In this document: one piece after another, positions 30,303 to 39,599 of the stretch | Numbering within the stretch: position 1 is the first letter of the stretch | Layout: the number at the start of each line of letters is the position of its first letter | Translations under genes and position numbers: made by a program | From: a virus | Strand: one strand, 5' to 3' | Virus record (IMG/VR): IMGVR_UViG_3300050034_000187 | Span: 7,866-71,865 of that record | DNA length: 64,000 nt | Notes under the pieces: model-generated | The model's database searches: none | Told to the model about the DNA's origin: nothing | What the model saw: only the letters and a program-made list of their open reading frames with translations

Positions 30303-30767
30303 ATGCAAACGTTCTTGCCGTATTCAGATTTTGTAAAGAGTGCTCGAATATTGGATCGAGCTAGATTAGGAAAGCAGAGAGTTGAATGTTTTCAATTGCT
30401 TTGTGTAAACCTTGGATTGAAGAAAATCAGAAATAATGGTATTGCATCGTTAATTGAGCACGAAGCGAAAGGATGGAAAAATCATCCCGCAGCGTTGATG
30501 TGGAAGGGATGGGAGAGTGGGTTGCTTTCTTATATGGAAGAATGTAATATTGAATGGAAGAATCGCGGATATAATGGTGTAGAATCTGAGTGGAATTTTT
30601 CTGCAATTCGTGATAGAATAACTCCAAGTTCTGAAAAGATTCCAGCATGGTATGGAAGAGAATCTTTTCATAGGGCGCATCAATCAAATTTAATTCGGAA
30701 AATGCCAGAATATTATGGGCCACTATTTCCGAATGTACCAAATAATCTAGAATATGAATGGAGATAA
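30303..30767 (+). CDS. Pyrimidine-dimer DNA glycosylase family (DenV-related, MSMEG_6728-like)
   Basis: MQTFLPY.DF..SA..LD..RLGKQRVE, W.NHPA..MW.G, HQSNL.RK.PEYY. Confidence 0.8.
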   Translation: MQTFLPYSDFVKSARILDRARLGKQRVECFQLLCVNLGLKKIRNNGIASLIEHEAKGWKNHPAALMWKGWESGLLSYMEECNIEWKNRGYNGVESEWNFSAIRDRITPSSEKIPAWYGRESFHRAHQSNLIRKMPEYYGPLFPNVPNNLEYEWR

Positions 30768-30768
30768 T

Positions 30769-30987
30769 ATGAAATTTATTTTTGATGGATTTTGCGGGAT
30801 TTACAAAAATTATTATACGGGCCGAGCATGGTGCGGAATTCTTGTTCAATTATTTGGACTTGGATCGTGTCTGGTGTCGGGAGGTTTTACAATTTTGGTT
30901 AGGTTCTTTCTCTGGGTGGCGATGTATCTGCTATTCTTTCCGGCAGTTGTATTTATTATTGATTACAAGCGAGGGAAACTCATATAA
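30769..30987 (+). CDS. Small membrane protein
   Basis: SD GGAGA upstream; hydrophobic C-terminal half. Confidence 0.4.
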   Translation: MKFIFDGFCGIYKNYYTGRAWCGILVQLFGLGSCLVSGGFTILVRFFLWVAMYLLFFPAVVFIIDYKRGKLI

Positions 30988-31120
30988 TACTCGGTGGTGG
31001 GGTGGATGCTTTTCGTTAAAAAGTTGAAAAACCTCTCCTAAACCCCAGCAAAATGAGGTATGTTTCGAGATTTATTTGTAGAAATTGGTAAGTTGCCATA
31101 CTTCCGTTGGAGAACATTAG

Positions 31121-31876
31121 ATGAAATATTTCATACAAAACAGTGGTCAAACTTTTTCTTCACTAGAGAGAAATGTATTGCCATTGATTGAGGTATTGAA
31201 TAGATTGGGATTGGAGCAAGAATATATTGGTTATTGTTCAGAGGATGATACTTTAACTGGAATTGGAACTATTCCAGAGAAACATTTTGCATATGGGTCA
31301 ACCAAGATTGGCGAATTGGGAGAAAAGTATGGATTAACGGTATCATACAAACCAGAATGGTTTGATCCTTTGGGTTGGGTTGGTAAGCGGGATGATTTTC
31401 TCAATGAAGATACTAAATTGATAATGGGAGAAGATTTACATAATAATTGGATTTCTAAAGTGTCATTTATTAAAAGTATTGAGCCGAAGAAATTAACTGG
31501 GATGGTATTGGAAGTCGAAGATAAGGAATGGTTTGAAAAAGAATATTATATTGATCCGAATGAAAAGTTGGTAATTAGCCCATGTTGTGATAGAATTGTT
31601 CAAGAATGGAGATTTTTCATTTTATCTGGAGAAGTAATAGTTGGTAGTCAATATAAGCACGATGGCGTTTTAAGAATACGTGAGCCGATTCCAGAATATA
31701 TTTGGAAAAAGTCTCGTATGATGGCAGAAAAATGGTTACCGAACGAAGATATTGTGATGGATATTTGTCTGTTAAATACCGGGGAAATTAAAGTCGTTGA
31801 ATTTAATTCTATAAATTCGAGCGGTTGGTACAATTCTAATATTGAGAAGTTTGTTTTAAAATTGGAGGAAAAATGA
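31121..31876 (+). CDS. ATP-grasp domain protein (R2K/DUF4343-like)
   Basis: FAYGST, FIKS...KKLTG, EWRFFI...IVGSQY, VMDI...VVEFNSINSSGWY. Confidence 0.7.
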   Translation: MKYFIQNSGQTFSSLERNVLPLIEVLNRLGLEQEYIGYCSEDDTLTGIGTIPEKHFAYGSTKIGELGEKYGLTVSYKPEWFDPLGWVGKRDDFLNEDTKLIMGEDLHNNWISKVSFIKSIEPKKLTGMVLEVEDKEWFEKEYYIDPNEKLVISPCCDRIVQEWRFFILSGEVIVGSQYKHDGVLRIREPIPEYIWKKSRMMAEKWLPNEDIVMDICLLNTGEIKVVEFNSINSSGWYNSNIEKFVLKLEEK

Positions 31877-32187
31877 AAACGTGGAATTATGCAGTGAATA
31901 GTCTGGCAGAATATAAAGAGCGTTCCAGCATTCAGTTGGTTGAGCAGCCATGGTGGCTAGCATTTATTGAATGGACTACTTGGAATGTATTTATGCGTAT
32001 TTGCGATGTTCTAAATTATATTGGTGTGGAAGAATGGTGGCATCTATCCGTATGCAATTCTATTACGAATTGGGTAGAGAATCATCCTAAGCATAAAGTA
32101 AACACCTTTGAAGTGGGCTACGACGCGATTAAAGAGCACTTCTATGAAGACAATCAAAAGTTTTTTGATGAATTGGAGAAAAATTAA
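31873..32187 (+). CDS. Hypothetical protein
   Basis: 104-aa ORF, ATGA-coupled. Confidence 0.5.
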   Translation: MKTWNYAVNSLAEYKERSSIQLVEQPWWLAFIEWTTWNVFMRICDVLNYIGVEEWWHLSVCNSITNWVENHPKHKVNTFEVGYDAIKEHFYEDNQKFFDELEKN

Positions 32188-32188
32188 C

Positions 32189-32602
32189 ATGAAAATTAGA
32201 TGCGGCTTTGCTTCAAAAGCATGGGCACGGTCTTCGTCGCCATCAAGCAGTTCATTCATGCTATATGGAATTCATCTTACCTACGAAGAAGAATATCTTA
32301 AACAAGAAATCATTGACGAATATTATAATTCTGCAGAGCTATCGCGTCGCAGGACGCGGTATTGGTATGATTTTATGGACTGGCTTACTACAGATGAATT
32401 CTGCGGCAAGTATAAAGTAGATGTTGCTGTCGATTATGACTGCGGAGATGTTTATATTGGAGCATCCTATTATGATCTTCGCGATGATGAGACTGGAAAA
32501 GAATTTAAAGATAGAGCAACCAATGCCATTGAGAACATTATTACTTCTCGCGGATTGAAGGAACTTAAAATTGGTATTCTGCCTGAAGTAATTTCCAATT
32601 AA
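32189..32602 (+). CDS. Poly-Ser leader protein, variant (MKIRCGFASKAWARSSSPSSSSF)
   Basis: True start at 32189; leader related to those at 35230 and 36037. Confidence 0.7.
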   Translation: MKIRCGFASKAWARSSSPSSSSFMLYGIHLTYEEEYLKQEIIDEYYNSAELSRRRTRYWYDFMDWLTTDEFCGKYKVDVAVDYDCGDVYIGASYYDLRDDETGKEFKDRATNAIENIITSRGLKELKIGILPEVISN

Positions 32603-32614
32603 GAAAGGGATATA

Positions 32615-33712
32615 ATGACTATTTCTAGAATTAAATCAGAAAATTTTAATGAGATTTTCGATGATAGCAATGGCTTATGTATTACTTGGGGAAAAACCAA
32701 GGACGATAATCCGGTAATGAATGAATTTGGTCCTAGTTTGCTAGATGTAGAATTATCTACTATTTGCCATGGCCCTGCTGGTGTTCCGTGTTCATTTTGC
32801 TATAAGAGTAATAATGAACACGGATATACAATGACTCTTTCCACACTCAATAAGATTTTATCAAAGCTTCCGAGAACTACTCATCAAATTGCATATGGAA
32901 TTGGCGATATCTATCCAGAATTGTGGGATGCTTTGAAGCTTACTCGTTCGTATGGTATTGTTCCGAATTTAACGGTGAATGGCGCGAATATGACTGACGA
33001 TAATGTTAAGAATCTTGCTAGCTTGGTAGGTGCCTGTGCGATTAGTCATTATTCGAATGATATTTGTTTTGATGCCGTGAAGAAGTTGACAGATGCCGGT
33101 CTTAAACAAACAAATATTCATAAAATTTTGTCGGAGCAGACAATTCAAAGTTGTTTTGATTTAGTTGATAGTGCCGAGAATGATCCACGCCTTACTAAGT
33201 TGAATGCAATTGTATTTCTAGCAGTTAAACCAAAAGGAAAGCGCAATACTCTTACTCCGTTACGAGATTTGGGAATGTATAAGAAGTTAATGGATTATGC
33301 ACGAGAAAAGAAAATTGGTTTTGGGTTTGACTCGTGCAGCGCTCCATCTGTTCTCAAAAGTACGGATGAAAAATATCATACTTATGTAGAGAATTGTGAA
33401 TCAACTCTCTTTTCTGGATATTTTTCAGTTGCAAATGAAGGAAATGATGCTGAATTTTTTCCTTGCTCATTTACCCAAGGAACAACTTCTAGTGGTGATT
33501 GGACTCACGGAATTAAAATCTCCGAAGTTAATAATTTTCATGATGATATCTGGTATAATCCAAAGGTGGTTGCTTGGAGAAATAAACTATTAGGTAGTAG
33601 TTCGAACTGCGAATGCGCAAATTCAAATAGTTGTAGGTCTTGTATTGTATATGATATTACCCCATGTAACGAGAAAAATAATTTATCATTAGTTAATATT
33701 GATGGAGTTTAA
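32615..33712 (+). CDS. Radical SAM enzyme with SPASM/twitch-like C-terminal Cys cluster
   Basis: CHGPAGVPCSFC (CX7CX2C), NLTVNG, FDSC, CES...FFPCSF, C.C.....C..C. Confidence 0.88.
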   Translation: MTISRIKSENFNEIFDDSNGLCITWGKTKDDNPVMNEFGPSLLDVELSTICHGPAGVPCSFCYKSNNEHGYTMTLSTLNKILSKLPRTTHQIAYGIGDIYPELWDALKLTRSYGIVPNLTVNGANMTDDNVKNLASLVGACAISHYSNDICFDAVKKLTDAGLKQTNIHKILSEQTIQSCFDLVDSAENDPRLTKLNAIVFLAVKPKGKRNTLTPLRDLGMYKKLMDYAREKKIGFGFDSCSAPSVLKSTDEKYHTYVENCESTLFSGYFSVANEGNDAEFFPCSFTQGTTSSGDWTHGIKISEVNNFHDDIWYNPKVVAWRNKLLGSSSNCECANSNSCRSCIVYDITPCNEKNNLSLVNIDGV

Positions 33713-33713
33713 A

Positions 33714-33974
33714 ATGAAATACGAGCTTGGTCAGCGGATCTTTTATCAACGAAAGGGAAGAAACAGTAACAAAGTCTATCACGGTATTATTATGTATATT
33801 GAATATAAGTATTCTTCTGATACTCTTAGTAATATTCATTCGTTTAAAGTGAATGGAATAGAATCAATAGCGTATTATATTGATAATGATCGGTGGAATG
33901 GTATATGTGAAGAAAAATGGAATATCTGGCCGATGACAGAAGAAGAGCATTTGCAATATGAAATGGAGAAATAA
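33714..33974 (+). CDS. Small protein with C-terminal EEEHLQYEMEK tag
   Basis: SD GGAG; paralogous C-terminus with the next two genes. Confidence 0.6.
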   Translation: MKYELGQRIFYQRKGRNSNKVYHGIIMYIEYKYSSDTLSNIHSFKVNGIESIAYYIDNDRWNGICEEKWNIWPMTEEEHLQYEMEK

Positions 33975-33977
33975 CTT

Positions 33978-34228
33978 ATGCGAGTTCTAGACAATGAAGG
34001 AAATGAATTACATATTGGAATGCCAATAAAAAGATCAAATAAATCTTTTTATTGGCATTCCAATATCATATTACTTCTTTTGAAAACGATCCGCCAGTAG
34101 TATGGGTGTGCTGCGGCGCGTTTAATTATTTCACGGGATTAAAAACTTCTAATAATGCGGTATTTAAAGTACCAGCAGTGATCGGAATAACGGAAGAAGA
34201 ATATTTACAATATATAATGGAGCAATAA
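33978..34228 (+). pseudogene. Frameshifted member of the EEEYLQ-tag family
   Basis: ATG frame stops at 34100; another frame gives ITSFENDPP...ITEEEYLQYIMEQ* ending at 34228; span 251 nt, one base short of in-frame. Confidence 0.6.
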
Positions 34229-34229
34229 T

Positions 34230-34442
34230 ATGGATATTGGGTTGAAAGAAGGAGACATGATTTTGGTTACATATAAGACTTCTGGAAATCAAGAAGTTGG
34301 AATTGTGAAAAGGATTGCAGTTAGCTATGAGATTCTTGCGCGTACTACTGGCAAAGAATTTCCAAACAAGAATACTGCAAAGTTTTCGCAACTAGAGAAA
34401 ATGAGCGAAGAAGAATACTTGCAATGGCAAATGGAGAAATGA
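34230..34442 (+). CDS. Small SH3/KOW-like protein with C-terminal EEEYLQWQMEK tag
   Basis: LKEGDMILV...GIVK; shared C-terminus. Confidence 0.6.
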   Translation: MDIGLKEGDMILVTYKTSGNQEVGIVKRIAVSYEILARTTGKEFPNKNTAKFSQLEKMSEEEYLQWQMEK

Positions 34443-34924
34443 TGAGAGAAACTGACAAATATTATTTTTTCTGGCAGCATCGTTTTGGGCAATGGACTCA
34501 GCGAGAAATGATAGATAGTGATGGTATTACTTATAATTGCTGTGAGCAGTATATGATGTACCAAAAAGCTAAGTTATTTCATGATGAAGGAGCTATGCAA
34601 ACTATTTTAAATGAAACCAATCCCAAGGCTATTAAGCATCTTGGCAGAGAAGTTAAAAATTATTCTGAACTTGTTTGGTCGATGCACCGAGTTCCGATTG
34701 TTGTGCATGGTAATTTATTGAAATTTACACAGCAGGAAGACCTTCGAGAGTTGCTGTTGGCAACTGGTAGCAAAATTATTTGTGAAGCCAGTCCGTTTGA
34801 TAAAATTTGGGGAATTGGTTTGAAATGGGATGATGATCGAGTTCTAGATATTAATAACTGGAAAGGAATGAATTTGCTGGGAATTTCTTTGATGACGGTT
34901 CGCGATATATTGAGAGAAGGATAA
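34439..34924 (+). CDS. NADAR (YbiA-like) family protein
   Basis: YFFW...F.QW, CEQYMM.QKA.LF.D, IK.LGR.V.NY, KFTQ...L...LL.TG, EASP.DKIWGIG, G.NLLG..LM.VR. Confidence 0.92.
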   Translation: MMRETDKYYFFWQHRFGQWTQREMIDSDGITYNCCEQYMMYQKAKLFHDEGAMQTILNETNPKAIKHLGREVKNYSELVWSMHRVPIVVHGNLLKFTQQEDLRELLLATGSKIICEASPFDKIWGIGLKWDDDRVLDINNWKGMNLLGISLMTVRDILREG

Positions 34925-34925
34925 T

Positions 34926-35240
34926 ATGCAATATGATCTAGGATATTTTGTTGTTGCTATTGACAAGAATATTATAAATGTAAATGATATTTTCGATAAG
35001 CGAAGCACAGTTAAGGGAAGTATCATCTCAACTGACGAAGAGTATATTATTCGTAACTTTTTAGTATCTCCTCAGAGTTGTAAGCAAGCATATAATTTCA
35101 TGAAGATGCATAATGATTATTGTAAGTTTTGGGAGATTGATATTGATGAGATAGACGATAATTCTCTTTCTATTTTACTGGAATATCCATGTTTGTGTGC
35201 GGATGGAAGCTATGAATTCTGGAGGCGAGATGAAAATTAG
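34926..35240 (+). CDS. Hypothetical protein
   Basis: 104-aa ORF in operon. Confidence 0.5.
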   Translation: MQYDLGYFVVAIDKNIINVNDIFDKRSTVKGSIISTDEEYIIRNFLVSPQSCKQAYNFMKMHNDYCKFWEIDIDEIDDNSLSILLEYPCLCADGSYEFWRRDEN

Positions 35241-35634
35241 AAATGGATTTGTGAGTAATAGTTCTTCTAGCAGTTTTATTTTTGCATTTAAAGAACTTCC
35301 GAGCATAGAAGAACTACGAGAAAAAATCGGGAATGTGTCCGATTGGAATTATAATGATGTAACTGATGTTGCCATTGAGCAATTATATAATGAATTGCAT
35401 GATCCATCTCATTTAATTTCCGAAGAAAATGCAGTTGAAGAAGCTATGTATCAATATTGGCGCGGTGATAAAGGGAAATTCATAAGTACGATTACTGGCC
35501 AAGTATATAATCTTGGTAAAGGAAAAGATAAATATGTGATTATTTCTGTTGATGATCATGGGGAAGGATATTCTGCTTTGGAATCTGGAGAGTATTTTGA
35601 TGAATTTCCTAATATAAAACTTAACAATCACTAG
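35230..35634 (+). CDS. Poly-Ser leader protein (MKIRNGFVSNSSSSSF)
   Basis: SD GGAGG; true start 35230. Confidence 0.75.
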   Translation: MKIRNGFVSNSSSSSFIFAFKELPSIEELREKIGNVSDWNYNDVTDVAIEQLYNELHDPSHLISEENAVEEAMYQYWRGDKGKFISTITGQVYNLGKGKDKYVIISVDDHGEGYSALESGEYFDEFPNIKLNNH

Positions 35635-35641
35635 GAGAGTC

Positions 35642-36040
35642 ATGAAATATTCGAATGAGATGAATATGGGTTGCTCTTATTTAATTGCCATTGATCATAT
35701 TCCAAGAGATACAATTGAATGCGAAAAGTGGATAGGAGAAGTTGAGATTGCCTATGCCGGAGAAATAATTGATATTACTTCCCGAACTGCTTTTCAATTA
35801 TATAATACATTAGTTACGGGAATGTCTCAATACAAAGAAGAAGATATTATTGATTGGATGATATTCTATGCAACTGAAAACAATCAAGAGGCGGCTATTA
35901 TTAAAAAGGCATATACTTTCATTCATGATAATGAAGATAGTATTTTTATGGTAATTGATATTATGTCAATGTCTCCAACGAGTAATTTTGAAAACATTCC
36001 TCATATCACAGAATATGAGGAATATGAGGATTATAGATGA
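35642..36040 (+). CDS. Hypothetical acidic protein
   Basis: SD AGGAGA; 132 aa. Confidence 0.5.
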   Translation: MKYSNEMNMGCSYLIAIDHIPRDTIECEKWIGEVEIAYAGEIIDITSRTAFQLYNTLVTGMSQYKEEDIIDWMIFYATENNQEAAIIKKAYTFIHDNEDSIFMVIDIMSMSPTSNFENIPHITEYEEYEDYR

Positions 36041-36420
36041 AAATTAGAAGCGGTTTTGTAAGTAATAGTTCTTCTAGCAGTTTTATTTTTCCATTTGAAA
36101 AGATACCATCAGTTAAAAGCATTCAAGAAACTGTTTGGAAAGATTGTGATAATGATTTAATTGAAGTTGAATATTATGGATTGCAAGATACTCACGAGTT
36201 AGCAAAACATTTCCACACTCTTTTAACTCATGGAAATATTTTAAGTGAAGAAGATATGTCTGAACTTATGTATTATTATGATGATGCAAAGAGCGCTAAG
36301 TCAGCATATGATTATATAAGCCAATATCCCAACTGTAAGTTCTATCAAGTTGATTTTACAGAAGAAGAGGCGTTAACCGATACTGATATATTTAAAAAGT
36401 ATCCAAACAAAGAAATCTAA
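36037..36420 (+). CDS. Poly-Ser leader protein (MKIRSGFVSNSSSSSF)
   Basis: First ~53 nt nearly identical to 35230. Confidence 0.75.
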   Translation: MKIRSGFVSNSSSSSFIFPFEKIPSVKSIQETVWKDCDNDLIEVEYYGLQDTHELAKHFHTLLTHGNILSEEDMSELMYYYDDAKSAKSAYDYISQYPNCKFYQVDFTEEEALTDTDIFKKYPNKEI

Positions 36421-36423
36421 CAT

Positions 36424-36452
36424 TTGAAATTTCATTTTTTACTTGATATCAT
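36424..36452 (+). promoter_or_regulatory. sigma70-type promoter, leaderless uvsW
   Basis: TTGAAA-17-TATCAT, ATG 7 nt downstream, no SD. Confidence 0.65.
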
Positions 36453-36458
36453 TGAAGT

Positions 36459-37910
36459 ATGCAAAAAACAAAACTAATTATATACGACGAAGTTAATTGT
36501 AAGTTTGAGGGACTTGCTCCAGAAATACGAAGAGAGCTAGTAAAAAGAAATGAGGTATTTAATCCAGCCAATAGATATATTCCTTCAGTCAGAATGGGCA
36601 GGTGGTCGGGCTGCGAAAATTTCTTCTCGATGGGAGGAAAGACTTATATTAATTTACTTCCAGATATCATCGATTATATTATTGAAAAAAATTATGAAAT
36701 TGAGTTAGAAGATAGAAGAACTTACAATAGAGATTTTACCTTTGATCATATTGATAAAAATATTGTTTCTAACATTAATTGGCCAGATGGTAAGTCGGTT
36801 ATTCTTCGGGATCACCAAGTAGAGGCTGTCAATCAATTTTTTGATAATCAGCAAGGTATTGAAGTGTTGCCGACCGCCTCCGGGAAAACTTTAATTGCAG
36901 CAATACTTTCCATGAATACAGAAAAATATGGGCGAAGTTTGATCATTGTTCCTAACAAGGATCTTATTACCCAAACAGAAGTATATTATAAAATGCTTGG
37001 ATTAGATGTTGGGGTATATTATGGAGAAAGAAAAGAATTCTTTACGAAGCACGTTATTTCAACATGGCAATCATTAGGTAAATTAAAAAATTCTCCGATT
37101 GATATTGGATTAGAAGAGCCAGTTACTTTTCAGAAGTTTGTAGATGGAGTTGTTGCTGTTATAATTGATGAGTGCCACGGAATAAAATCTCCAATATTAT
37201 TTAAGTTATTAACAGAAGAATTGGCACATATTTCAATTAGATGGGCAATGAGCGGTACTTTGCCAAAAGAGCAACATGAAATTATCAAATTAACGTGTGC
37301 GGTGGGGAGCCAGTTTCATAGAATATATACTCCGGATCTTCAAGATTTGGGAATATTAAGTAAGTGTGATGTATATGTGAAGCAATTAATTGATACTAGA
37401 GTTTATTCTACTTATCAAAGCGAGTATGAATATCTTATATCAGATTCCAAAAGATTAGCATATGTTGCTAACATGATTGCTGAAAAAGGAAAAGAAGGAA
37501 ATGTATTGGTGTTGGTTGGGAGAAAGAAAACCGGGAAAGAATTGGAAAAATTAATTCCAGACAGTGTGTTTGTATCTGGGGCAACCAAATCTAAAGATAG
37601 AAAAGAACAATATGATGAAGTTAAAACTTCTAATAGTAAAGTGATTATTGCTACAATTTCTATTGCAGCCGTTGGCCTTGATATACCCCGGTTAAATAGT
37701 TTATTTCTTGTTGAGTCTGGTAAAAGTTTCATTCAGACAACCCAAGCAATCGGTAGAGTGCTTCGTATTGCGGCAGATAAGAATTATGCTCAAGTATATG
37801 ATATTTGCTCTACTTGCAAGTATTCTAAACGGCATCTTGCCATTCGTAAAAAATGGTATAAAGAAAGTCAATTTCCGATTCATATAGAAAAAGTAACATG
37901 GGAGTTATAA
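36459..37910 (+). CDS. uvsW: SF2 DNA helicase (T4 UvsW family)
   Basis: LRDHQ, LPTASGKT, DECH, MSGT, VGLDIPRL, QAIGRVLR. Confidence 0.9.
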   Translation: MQKTKLIIYDEVNCKFEGLAPEIRRELVKRNEVFNPANRYIPSVRMGRWSGCENFFSMGGKTYINLLPDIIDYIIEKNYEIELEDRRTYNRDFTFDHIDKNIVSNINWPDGKSVILRDHQVEAVNQFFDNQQGIEVLPTASGKTLIAAILSMNTEKYGRSLIIVPNKDLITQTEVYYKMLGLDVGVYYGERKEFFTKHVISTWQSLGKLKNSPIDIGLEEPVTFQKFVDGVVAVIIDECHGIKSPILFKLLTEELAHISIRWAMSGTLPKEQHEIIKLTCAVGSQFHRIYTPDLQDLGILSKCDVYVKQLIDTRVYSTYQSEYEYLISDSKRLAYVANMIAEKGKEGNVLVLVGRKKTGKELEKLIPDSVFVSGATKSKDRKEQYDEVKTSNSKVIIATISIAAVGLDIPRLNSLFLVESGKSFIQTTQAIGRVLRIAADKNYAQVYDICSTCKYSKRHLAIRKKWYKESQFPIHIEKVTWEL

Positions 37911-38429
37911 ATGCATTTATTAAATGAAAAGAACGAATCAATTGATCTTAACCTAATTCCGAATGAGTGTGATATTCATTTCTGGGTATATGACGTGAAT
38001 AAAGATGTAAGAGATTATCATGTTGCTCCACTTATTATGCTTGATAACTTTTATTCTCCTGTGGTAAAATTGACTTTTACCGATGATTCTTATAGAGAGC
38101 CAATTAAGTATTCGTTGACTATTCCGGCAGATTATAGCATCTTGATCGGAACCTCAAGTTATAATGATCTGGAATTGATTCCAGTTACTAACATTTCTAA
38201 TAGAGGATTTACCGCTTTTGAAAATAACCCACTCTCTAGTTTTAGAGTACAATTTTTTCAAGTAGATATTCAAGATATTTTACCAAACGTAAAATGGTTT
38301 GTTCCTCGGTTAGCAGTTGGACAGATTTTATGCGTACCTCTATCAACCAAGCCCAAATCTCCTTGCGTGTATATTGCAAGAGATATGCCGAAGTCAATGG
38401 AATGCTTCCCATTAAAGGATGCTCTATAA
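37911..38429 (+). CDS. Hypothetical protein in replication cluster
   Basis: 172-aa ORF directly after uvsW. Confidence 0.55.
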   Translation: MHLLNEKNESIDLNLIPNECDIHFWVYDVNKDVRDYHVAPLIMLDNFYSPVVKLTFTDDSYREPIKYSLTIPADYSILIGTSSYNDLELIPVTNISNRGFTAFENNPLSSFRVQFFQVDIQDILPNVKWFVPRLAVGQILCVPLSTKPKSPCVYIARDMPKSMECFPLKDAL

Positions 38430-38430
38430 T

Positions 38431-38919
38431 ATGGCAATACGAGAGAAAGATGATCCATTGAATATCTTCAATGAGTTAAAACAGATTGATAACAAGAATT
38501 ATGATTTTTTTGATTCCTTGGATGAAAATCAACAAAAAGCAATGGCTCCTTATGTTATAATGAAATGGGGGGCTAACGTAATTGGTTCTTCTGATTTGCA
38601 GTCATATTATATTATTGCAGCTAATATCTATGCAAATGAAAATATGTTTGATTTATATAGACACAAGAAGCTGCAATATTTAATGTGCTGTGCGATGACT
38701 CCAAAAATCGGATTTGTAAAACATTATTGGATGAATGGATCGAATAAGCAAAAGAAAGAACCCATTGTATCTTTCATTGAAGAAAGGTTTCCAGATTTAA
38801 ATAATGAAGAAATTAAAATTTTGTTGCAAGATAAAACGCGAGAGGAATTAAAAGAATGGCTGCAACAGTACGGATTACAAAACCAAGATATATCAAAGCT
38901 GCTAGTAAAAAAGAAATAA
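38431..38919 (+). CDS. Clamp loader small subunit (T4 gp62-like)
   Basis: IF..L..ID.K..DF...L...QQK...PYVIMKW...N.Y.N...F.L..H..LQY. Confidence 0.6.
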   Translation: MAIREKDDPLNIFNELKQIDNKNYDFFDSLDENQQKAMAPYVIMKWGANVIGSSDLQSYYIIAANIYANENMFDLYRHKKLQYLMCCAMTPKIGFVKHYWMNGSNKQKKEPIVSFIEERFPDLNNEEIKILLQDKTREELKEWLQQYGLQNQDISKLLVKKK

Positions 38920-39599
38920 TTACTATTCGAGGAGAATATAGTTGTCCGTGGTGTAAAAAGATTTTTACAAGAGAGCGATTTACCTTGACTCATTTCTGTG
39001 AACAAAAAAGAAGATATGATCAAAGAAACACTCCGCATGGAAGATTGGGATTTAGTTGTTATGCTACTATTAAAAAAATAACTCAAGGTAAAAGTGATGT
39101 TAGCGAAGAAGAATTTCGACATAGCGATTATTATTTGGCATGTTTAAGATGGTCTAGATATGCGATAGAAAGTAAATGCATAAATCCGATGATGTTTTTA
39201 TCATGGCTTCTTTCTGAAAAGATTCCCATTGATACTTGGGCAAATGATAATATATATGAGAAATATCTTCATTCATATATATTAAGAGAAAAAGTCGAAG
39301 ATGCCTTGGATAGAAATGTGCAAACTATCTTTGCTTGGAGTGAACGAACTGGTAAATCCACCAGTGAGTATTTTTCTCCATATAATCCAACGGTTATTAA
39401 TGATATTTTACGAGGAGCAATTACTGGTTGGATTATATTACAATGTGAAAGTGGGAAGAACTGGGTTATGTCTCTTGATGAAAATACTTTATCAAAGATT
39501 TTTTCATGGATCAATCCTACTCAATGGGGGGAAGTTTTTGATAAGTCTTCAGAATTAGAAAATACAATCAAAGATTTGTGCGGGGTTATGAAAATATAA
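38856..39599 (+). CDS. Hypothetical protein with N-terminal C2H2-like Zn finger
   Basis: YSCPWCKKIF...HFCEQKRR. Confidence 0.55.
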   Translation: MAATVRITKPRYIKAASKKEIITIRGEYSCPWCKKIFTRERFTLTHFCEQKRRYDQRNTPHGRLGFSCYATIKKITQGKSDVSEEEFRHSDYYLACLRWSRYAIESKCINPMMFLSWLLSEKIPIDTWANDNIYEKYLHSYILREKVEDALDRNVQTIFAWSERTGKSTSEYFSPYNPTVINDILRGAITGWIILQCESGKNWVMSLDENTLSKIFSWINPTQWGEVFDKSSELENTIKDLCGVMKI

